From: a virus
Length of the DNA: 64,000 nt
IMG/VR virus record: IMGVR_UViG_3300028558_000018
Location: 64,001 to 128,000 of that record
Reading direction: 5' to 3' (one strand)
Of the stretch, positions 39,630-46,728 are shown piece by piece. Position 1 is the first letter of the stretch, and every line of letters starts with the position of its first letter. The translations under genes were made by a program, and so were the position numbers. The notes under the pieces were generated by a model that made no database searches, was not told the DNA's origin, and saw nothing but the letters and a program-made list of their open reading frames with translations.

Positions 39630-39756
39630 TAATAATGTTAATAACAATTACCCAAGTTGCCAAATATTTTGAATAGCTAATTGTAAAAGAATAAAAATAA
39701 AAAACGCGGTGTGATTTCTCTTGACATAAGCGATTCTAAAAGAGAGCATCTTCTAT

Positions 39757-40236
39757 ATGAACAGCACAGATTATATTATTCTTCCCGAAGAGGGCGTCCC
39801 TGAAAATAAATGGATGAAAGTCGGACTTAATCAAGTGATTGCTATGAGGGAAGAATTGGCGCGGATAAAAGAAGGTATTAAACGCGCTGAGACAACAATG
39901 GTCGTAGATGGAAATGATATGATTGATTGGGGTTGGGCTAGACAGGAACATACCGTTTGCCGAGAGGAAGTAGAAGGAGCGAAAGCGATTATTAAAATTT
40001 ATAGCGAGCAATATGTTCATAAAAATGAACTCGCGGCGGCGAATAGCAAAATTGAATCATTAACCCGCCAATTAGAACATAAAACCAGCGAAATTGAAGA
40101 TTACAAGGAAGTTAACGAAGATAAAAAACGATTGACGAAAGAGCTTGACGTTCTCCTTAACGGTTCCAGCGCGGCGAATCAAGCCTCGTTATGTGATATT
40201 GTTGCGCAGCTAAAATCAAAAAAGTGTTATGAATAA
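39757..40236 (+). CDS. Hypothetical coiled-coil protein
   Basis: 159 aa; C-terminal LTKELDVLLNG...QASLCDIVAQL motif recalled from Ead/Ea22-associated phage proteins. Confidence 0.6.
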   Translation: MNSTDYIILPEEGVPENKWMKVGLNQVIAMREELARIKEGIKRAETTMVVDGNDMIDWGWARQEHTVCREEVEGAKAIIKIYSEQYVHKNELAAANSKIESLTRQLEHKTSEIEDYKEVNEDKKRLTKELDVLLNGSSAANQASLCDIVAQLKSKKCYE

Positions 40237-40423
40237 ACTAGAGCTAAAGATTAAAAAATTAGAAAAGCTTATTAAAATCAAAAATGAGGCATTAAAATAT
40301 TGCGCGGGCCAATCTAATTGGCGCGATCAATTAGTAGGTATTGAGTCAGACAGTTATTTCGCGTGGATTAATGAACGGGCAAATCATGTGTTAAAGATTA
40401 GTCTTAGAAATATTAAGCTATGA
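40229..40423 (+). CDS. Hypothetical protein
   Basis: Overlapping operon packing. Confidence 0.5.
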   Translation: MNKLELKIKKLEKLIKIKNEALKYCAGQSNWRDQLVGIESDSYFAWINERANHVLKISLRNIKL

Positions 40424-40686
40424 GCGAATTATTCTCTATTAGAAATACTCATAAAGATTTAGTCCGCGCAATGAATCCCCATGAGTTATCCAAATATTCT
40501 AATGAGGAATTTGATTATTGGCCTCAATGGGCGCAGCGTGATGTTGAACTAATTGCGCAATTTGAACAAACTTTATTAAATCCTCCCGAGAAGACCCCGA
40601 GAAAGAAAAGGCGCGGCGCGGCGCGAAAGTTCTCCATATCATTAACGGGGAAAAGCACTATGGGAGGGTGGTTTAATGCGTCATAA
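40420..40686 (+). CDS. Hypothetical protein
   Basis: ATGA overlap. Confidence 0.55.
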   Translation: MSELFSIRNTHKDLVRAMNPHELSKYSNEEFDYWPQWAQRDVELIAQFEQTLLNPPEKTPRKKRRGAARKFSISLTGKSTMGGWFNAS

Positions 40687-40737
40687 GTGGCGTAGCGAAC
40701 TTATTTTAACAATTTAACACGCCAAACACGACTTATT

Positions 40738-40980
40738 ATGGACCATCTAGAAATAGCAGCATTAAAAGAGCAAATCAGAGAATTAGAATCACGGGCGAGA
40801 ACATTAGAGAATGAGAATAAAAATTTGATGCAAATCAATATCGATGATTGCGAAACGGATTTAAATGTGAGAAAGTTGGCCGCGCAAGTTCTTTCTGAAC
40901 GCGAAATCTGGGGCGATACTTTTTACGTGCCGACGTTGGAAGATATAGTTGAGAACATTTTGAAAAAAATAAAATTATGA
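40738..40980 (+). CDS. Hypothetical protein
   Basis: 80 aa, acidic coiled coil. Confidence 0.55.
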   Translation: MDHLEIAALKEQIRELESRARTLENENKNLMQINIDDCETDLNVRKLAAQVLSEREIWGDTFYVPTLEDIVENILKKIKL

Positions 40981-41165
40981 ATAAATTCATCTTATGGTTA
41001 TTAGTCCACCCTCATAAAAGCTGGCGCGGGACTAAATTGCAGTATGTAAAAGAGTGTTATGCGGAAGATTGTTTATTGGATAAAATATTTAATGAATATT
41101 ATTTTTTAAAGCTTAATTATTGGAGAATGAGATTTGTTTTGTGGATTATTAAAATAGCTGGATAA
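40977..41165 (+). CDS. Hypothetical protein
   Basis: ATGA overlap; last plus-strand gene. Confidence 0.5.
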   Translation: MNKFILWLLVHPHKSWRGTKLQYVKECYAEDCLLDKIFNEYYFLKLNYWRMRFVLWIIKIAG

Positions 41166-41209
41166 GGGGGTTCCTACAATATGTGTCCCTTAATTGAGGG
41201 AATCAGTTG

Positions 41210-41346
41210 GAAAATATTTTCACCCGTGGATTTTTTCACCCCTCCTGTTTAGTTTTAATAGAGTTTTATATAGGATAAACATAGGGGAAGGAATAATCTT
41301 ATAAGGGAGATTTAAATTGAAAATAATTTACTCCCGTGGATTTTTT
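41210..41346. repeat. Direct repeat pair GAAAATA-N-CCCGTGGATTTTTT
   Basis: Identical 14-mer at 41223-41236 and 41333-41346 (110-bp spacing), with similar upstream flanks. Confidence 0.8.
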
Positions 41347-41458
41347 TAATCTTGTAAGTCGTTGTTTGAAATGAAAATGGGTGAGAATTTGATGCGCAAT
41401 ACCCCCGCCCGCCAGAAAATTTTTACGATTGTAAATTTTTTTATAAACAGGGTGCCTC

Positions 41459-41480
41459 GCTATATACAAATGTATATAGC
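41459..41480. repeat. Perfect 10-bp inverted repeat with a 2-nt spacer
   Basis: GCTATATACA-aa-TGTATATAGC. Confidence 0.85.
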
Positions 41481-41619
41481 CACTATATAGAGCCTATACA
41501 CACAAGCACATAGCGAAACACGCAAGCTTAGACTATCACTAGCGGAATAATATAAAGGCGAGAACTAGCACTAGAGCAATGGCAATTTCCATTTGAGCGC
41601 ATAAGGTCAGAGGGTTAAT

Positions 41620-41650
41620 GAAAAAGGCGCAAGGGGTTAGCCTTGCGCCT
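41620..41650 (-). terminator. Strong rho-independent terminator closing the early region
   Basis: Minus strand AGGCGCAAGG-ctaacc-CCTTGCGCCT followed by TTTT. Confidence 0.85.
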
Positions 41651-41672
41651 ACGTTAACCTAACGCCTTGCGC

Positions 41673-42194
41673 TTACTCAACGTCAAGAGCCTTGCGCACG
41701 CTGGCAAGGTTGACGCCGGACTCTCCGCCAATCATGGCGGCAATCGCGGCGGCATCTTTGCCCTCCTTCTTCATGGCGCGCCCCTTTTCCTGCATGACCT
41801 GCGAAAGGTCGGAGAACGAGGGAAGCGAGGGGCGACCCGCGCCCGACTTGCCACCGAGGGAGAACGCGCCGACAATCTGACGGAACCCGTCGTCAAGCGC
41901 GGTTTTGACCTGCTGCGCGCCGTCACCGTGAGCGGCGTTGAAGGCCTTGCGCGCACCATCCAACGCGGCTGCGCGGTAAGCCTCGGGGATGGCGTCGAAC
42001 GGCTTGGAATCGAAGACGGGGACTTTGATACCTTCGACATGGGAAGCGAGGGCACGGAGGGCGGCGGCGGGCGTCTTGCTCGCGCTGGCATTGTAAACGG
42101 TGCTGACAACGGCGGCAGGCTTGGCGGGCGTCTTCTTGACGGCGGCAGGCTTAGCGGCGGACTGAACAGGAGCGGACGAGGTGACATTTTCCAT
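41673..42194 (-). CDS. GC-rich Ala/Lys-rich putative DNA-binding protein (173 aa)
   Basis: Likely start MENVT at 42194. N-terminus is PAK/PAA histone-H1-like; C-terminus is HTH-like (EGKDAAAIAAMIG..SGVNLASVRKAL). Confidence 0.7.
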   Translation of the reverse strand: MENVTSSAPVQSAAKPAAVKKTPAKPAAVVSTVYNASASKTPAAALRALASHVEGIKVPVFDSKPFDAIPEAYRAAALDGARKAFNAAHGDGAQQVKTALDDGFRQIVGAFSLGGKSGAGRPSLPSFSDLSQVMQEKGRAMKKEGKDAAAIAAMIGGESGVNLASVRKALDVE

Positions 42195-42309
42195 ATGATG
42201 AAAACCCCTTTTGGCGGGTAGGATTAAACCCAATTTTCTAACGGGTTAAGTTAAGACGCTGCAAACGCGCAGAGTCTTAAGCTAACCTCCCTCTTATGAG
42301 GGAAGGCTT

Positions 42310-42501
42310 TCAGATTTTAACAGGCAAAGAAGTAATCAACAGTTGCGCTTGTTTCGCTTCTGTAAGGTTGAATTCCGCCGTTTCGATGTCTCCAAAGTGA
42401 CAGGCTTTCTTCGCCTCTTTAAGGCAGTGTGATTTGTAAACCCGCAAAGCAGATTCCAAGGTTGACGCTTCTTCGTCGTTTAAGTGGTAAACGTGTTTCA
42501 T
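42310..42501 (-). CDS. Hypothetical early protein
   Basis: 63 aa with a structured leader. Confidence 0.6.
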   Translation of the reverse strand: MKHVYHLNDEEASTLESALRVYKSHCLKEAKKACHFGDIETAEFNLTEAKQAQLLITSLPVKI

Positions 42502-43357
42502 GTGGATTAAATAAGCTGCTAAGGGTCATTCCATAGAAGCTTAAGCTAATCTCTCTTAAATCGGCATAGCCATAGATTAAGAGACTTTAACTTTCTTTTC
42601 CTTGGCTCGCCTGCGCTGTTTCAGCCTAGCAGGGTCAAAGCGGGTAAATAGGTTTTTTGAAACCGTAAAAAAATATAGTGCGGTGCGGCGTGCCACCGAA
42701 AAGAACATCTAACCTTTCCCCACCTTAAGACATTGCTTTTTGAATTCAACTCAATTCTCGCTAATTCTTTTAGGCCTTTCCTAAGTGGTTGGCCTTTAAA
42801 CAACTTACAATTGATTAATTTTCCCCTCTTTTCTGTTTTCCCTCTAGTTGAGCGCACCGCCTAGTTGATTAGCTCCCTAGTTAACCCCACCACAAACAAC
42901 GAAGCGCGGCGCGTGCGCGAATATAGGGAAATTCAATTTTGTCAAAATATATCTTTGTAAAATTTTTGTAAAAATCTGGGGCGGCTTTTTTGAAGTCAGT
43001 CCCCTACAGCTAAAATATAATAGGGCTATAAAAACAAAGTCAATTTAAAAATAATTAATAAAAATAAAAAATAATTTGACAAATGGGGAAAAATAATAAG
43101 CGAAAAATAAAAATCTAATAGCATATAAAAGTTTTTCTAATAGCATATAGGGCATAATATAAGGTGAATATACTAATTGTAAAAATCCTTATATAATATA
43201 CTAAATTATATTAATTCCTTATATGATAATTGTAAAATAGTATAATTACCTCTATATAATAGTCTCGCGCCGGATATTGTCCTATTGAGAGCTTATACTA
43301 CCTCTCATTACCTCTATATTAACGTTTATTTGGCTATATTTTCTCATATTTGGACGC

Positions 43358-43390
43358 AAAAAATCCGCGAAGGAATTAACCCTCGCGGAC
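43358..43390 (-). terminator. Terminator after the endolysin gene
   Basis: Minus strand TCCGCGAGG...CTTCGCGGA followed by TTTTTT. Confidence 0.8.
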
Positions 43391-43414
43391 TATTAAGTGT
43401 TTATTATTAACTAT

Positions 43415-43921
43415 TTAGAACTTATTAGCTAATATTTGAGAGAATTTTTCGGCGCGCCCCTTAACTTGAGAGTAATAACGAGAATTAATTAGCTCTTTAC
43501 TTGCCAATTTGTAATTAGAACTATTTATGGCGAGATTAAATTTCTTAAAGCCTTTCGCGCGGGTGATTCCCACATTGAAAACAAAATCCACGAGCCTAAT
43601 TTTTATTTCCTTGGGTAATTTGTTAAAATTCGGATAAAGAGTTTTCGCGCTATCAATTGCGATATTTAAATCTTGTGTGAAAAATTGATTAATCTCATTA
43701 ACACTATAAGAGGATTTCCCCTTATTAGTCAATTGGTGACCAATTCCTATAGTGAGATGGCCCATTGAATCAATATAGGGAATTGCTCTATTTCCTTCAT
43801 GATTCTCTATTAAAGCGCGGTAATCGGCTATTGATTGCGCTTTTATTGAGCAAGTTGCCGTGCAAATTGCGAAAAAGATGAACAATCCGGCGCGGAATTT
43901 GGCACTAATTGGGCTTTTCAT
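43415..43921 (-). CDS. GH24 (T4-type) lysozyme/endolysin with an N-terminal signal or SAR segment
   Basis: HEGNRAIPYIDSMGHLTIGIGH gives the E-8x-D-5x-T triad; FVFNVG, SRYYSQVKGRA; hydrophobic N-terminus. Confidence 0.9.
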   Translation of the reverse strand: MKSPISAKFRAGLFIFFAICTATCSIKAQSIADYRALIENHEGNRAIPYIDSMGHLTIGIGHQLTNKGKSSYSVNEINQFFTQDLNIAIDSAKTLYPNFNKLPKEIKIRLVDFVFNVGITRAKGFKKFNLAINSSNYKLASKELINSRYYSQVKGRAEKFSQILANKF

Positions 43922-43978
43922 AAGGTGAATTAACCTAAAAAGCGCGTAAATTGAGATTATTTATACATCTAATTATTG

Positions 43979-44215
43979 TTAAATAGCGGGAGAAATATAA
44001 ATAATCTTGTGGCGCGAAGAGGTATTATCAATTTTCACAATATCCTTTTCGGTAAATATAATCGAATTGGCAAAATCAGGATTGTGCGAGTTGATTTTGT
44101 ATTTACCACCATTTCCATATAATTCCACACGGCCAAACATAATGGCGCGGATATTTCCGGCATGGACAATAACTTCGGCGGAAATTCCGCTTGAAACGAT
44201 TTCGTTGATATTCAT
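43979..44215 (-). CDS. Hypothetical early protein
   Basis: Likely start MNINE; own sigma70-type promoter. Confidence 0.55.
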   Translation of the reverse strand: MNINEIVSSGISAEVIVHAGNIRAIMFGRVELYGNGGKYKINSHNPDFANSIIFTEKDIVKIDNTSSRHKIIYISPAI

Positions 44216-44320
44216 GATAAACCTTAATTTATTGATATTTAAGTAATTGGCCAATCAAAATGATTAATCTATTACAATGAAGACACTAACAAATTGTTAC
44301 GCTAGGTCAATTTAATTATA

Positions 44321-44509
44321 TCAATAATAAATCGGCGCGGTGTTTCCAACCCATCGCGCATTTACCACAATAATTGCATGATTTAAAGTGAGATTACGAG
44401 ATGATGCAATATATTGAATAATTTCCTCTTTGGAATAAAGCGATTTTCTCGCCCATTCAATAAATTCACTTAACCCATAAGTGGAAATGTCTATTAGAGA
44501 TAGGGACAT
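44321..44509 (-). CDS. Hypothetical early protein
   Basis: 62 aa with its own promoter. Confidence 0.55.
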   Translation of the reverse strand: MSLSLIDISTYGLSEFIEWARKSLYSKEEIIQYIASSRNLTLNHAIIVVNARWVGNTAPIYY

Positions 44510-44562
44510 AAAATAATTTGATTTAGCTCACTTTAATAGATTGTCACATAATGTCAATATCT

Positions 44563-44958
44563 TTAAATAGCAAAATATTTTTTAAATCCTTCGAAAGATT
44601 TAATATCAATATTGTCTTCAAAAGCATATTTACTAAATAAACATTGCTTTTCACCTTGGAATACTGAATAGGAGGGAATTTCTATAATTCGCAACGTCGC
44701 CCCGCCAATATCCAATAATTCCTCAACCGCTCCTATTGGAAACCAATTTAACAATTGTTCAAAAGAAGCAAACCCAAATAGAAAATTATTATTACCAATT
44801 TTATTATAATGCGGGGTCATTCCTTTATCGTTCATTGGCGAAGGGGTGTTTGGAGAACGTATTAAATCAAAATTTTCCATTATTTGGTCAATATATTGAT
44901 TTACACCCCTTGCTTGATAAATTCCCTGACTTTGATATTCAAAACGATAAATTTTCAT
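44563..44958 (-). CDS. Conserved phage early protein (IYR...G.Y...P.P..D...FGF.S.EQL..WF family)
   Basis: Motif pattern recalled from many phage early genes; near-leaderless promoter. Confidence 0.65.
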   Translation of the reverse strand: MKIYRFEYQSQGIYQARGVNQYIDQIMENFDLIRSPNTPSPMNDKGMTPHYNKIGNNNFLFGFASFEQLLNWFPIGAVEELLDIGGATLRIIEIPSYSVFQGEKQCLFSKYAFEDNIDIKSFEGFKKYFAI

Positions 44959-45337
44959 TTATTGAAATTTATCAAATTGTGGCGCGCCGTCAATTTAATT
45001 TTAACAAGTTTAAATCTAACTAATAACCCCCTATAATCCCCCTTAGTGTTATTACGAAAAAATTCGCGAGCAAATAAAGAATAAAATTAAATAAAAACTT
45101 ATTGACTTAACTATTCAACTATGATTCATTATATTCATGGTGAGTAAGGTTCAATCCTGAAAGCGATTTGCGGGTTAAAACCTTAGAGTGGGGCACCAAA
45201 CCGTGCGCGGATTCCTAAAATCGGCCCGCGATTTAAGAACATTTGGAAAATTATAGCATAAAAATTAATATTGTGTCAATTTAAATCAATTATTTTTAAT
45301 TAAAATTAATTCACGTTAATTGATTAATTCCGCGCAC

Positions 45338-45366
45338 AAAAAAGCCGCAAAGAATAATCTCGCGGC
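45338..45366 (-). terminator. Rho-independent terminator
   Basis: Minus strand GCCGCGAGA...TTTGCGGC followed by TTTTTT. Confidence 0.7.
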
Positions 45367-45383
45367 GGATTAACTAAATTAAA

Positions 45384-45908
45384 TTACTTATCGTTGACTT
45401 TAATTGATTTAACATTCCATGAGTCAATTAGGGGCTTAATTATCTTATTGAGGTAATTCTTTTGGAATTCATTCAATGGGGTCAAACTCGCGCCCAAATC
45501 TTCCCTCAATTGTTTATTTACTGCATCTAAATCGCCCTTAATAAACAATCCCCTATATTTAGCTCTTAATTCAACTAATTGTTTAAATTGTTTATTTGCG
45601 CCTAATCTATCGGTAATTAACGGATCATAGTCTAAATCATTACGAATAATCTTATTATAATATTCGCGTTTATAAGCATTTATTTTAATTTTACTATTAT
45701 CACCTAATTTATCAATCGGATAATGATATATCTGTTCATTAACCAAAATAGTAATAGAATCAATTTCAATTGAGAGCAATTTACCATTAATTTTTTCACC
45801 TAATTGATTTTCCCAAGTGGAATTAGTTTTTGCGTCAACTATTTGCGGCGCAATATCTTGCGCGTGAATAATTCCGGCCAAAAACAAAATTAAAAATGAT
45901 TTTCTCAT
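45384..45908 (-). CDS. Secreted protein with an SHD1-like domain
   Basis: Signal peptide MRKSFLILFLAGIIHA-Q; TWENQLGEKINGKLL....ITI......YPIDKL is the SHD1 pattern. Confidence 0.65.
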   Translation of the reverse strand: MRKSFLILFLAGIIHAQDIAPQIVDAKTNSTWENQLGEKINGKLLSIEIDSITILVNEQIYHYPIDKLGDNSKIKINAYKREYYNKIIRNDLDYDPLITDRLGANKQFKQLVELRAKYRGLFIKGDLDAVNKQLREDLGASLTPLNEFQKNYLNKIIKPLIDSWNVKSIKVNDK

Positions 45909-46622
45909 ATAAGAAGACTACTCAATTGATTTAATAAGTCAATAAAATTATAGAGGGATAAACACTAGGAAAGGATAACGAATAGATGATTAATTTTTAC
46001 AAACATTAGGTAAGACTAACATTTATAGGTAAGTAAAAGATTAATTGAGAAATGAAATAATTATTGAGGAATAAAAATATTTTTGAATAGATGAAAATTT
46101 TTGGGGGAAAATAAATATATGGGCACGAAATACCAAAATAATAACTTAATAATAAAATAGTAGTTAATCTTTCTCTTCATCCTCTCCTTATTCTTCCCTT
46201 ATCCATTCTTCTATGTTATCCCTATATATTAAACCATTACTTAATAAACAATTCCATAGTGGTAAACCACTATTAAATAGCTTATTAGCAATAACTTATC
46301 CAATAATTGATTAACTCTGTTTTAGTGCTTTTCTCAACTCTGTTTTTCAAGCTTTTCAACCTTACTTTTTTACGCTGTTTCTACCCTGTTTCCTTGGCGT
46401 TTAAAGCACTTTAAAACCTCACCCCTTGGCCTACCCTTACCAAGCGTTTCCCTCTCGTTTAAACGTGTTCTAACCATGCCTTGCGCGGTCGTTTTTAGAT
46501 ATAATTAGGGGATAATTGATTAATTGAGTGCAAATCCCTTTTAATGTGCTACTTATGGGGAAACAGAGCGCGGAATTGTTTGCAATTAGTTAATATTCAA
46601 TAGGTTAAATGAATTTAAACAC

Positions 46623-46650
46623 AAAAAATCCGGCCAAATTAATGACCGGA
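46623..46650 (-). terminator. Terminator after the vWA gene
   Basis: Minus strand TCCGGTCA...TGGCCGGA followed by TTTTTT. Confidence 0.8.
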
Positions 46651-46728
46651 CTTGGATTAGTTAAAATTTATTATCTATTTATAAGATATTCGCCTTTTAT
46701 ATGGTTTATCGGCTAATTGCCAAATCAC

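Larger units (their letters stand above)
926..43955 (-). promoter_or_regulatory. 15 copies of a phage late promoter, TTCAC-N15-G(G/T)(G/T)TA(A/T)
   Basis: 926-951, 10065-10090, 12213-12238, 13485-13510, 14578-14603, 16192-16217, 17856-17881, 20489-20514, 21363-21388, 23390-23415, 29873-29898, 33232-33257, 35867-35892, 39648-39673, 43930-43955. All have exactly 15-nt spacers. Confidence 0.85.

Noticed and set aside
41667-42221. 184-aa plus-strand ORF and 138-aa alternative-frame ORF
   Set aside because: Shadows of the GC-rich gene; terminator orientation and leader support the minus-strand Ala/Lys frame
45170-45232. c-di-GMP-I riboswitch or attP site
   Set aside because: Only superficial word similarity. 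The GNRA/receptor architecture is not found, there is no downstream same-strand gene, and no integrase is in the window.
41166-46700. CRISPR array or mini-array in the non-coding blocks
   Set aside because: The repeats are short, occur only two or three times, and lack regular spacers of about 30-40 nt
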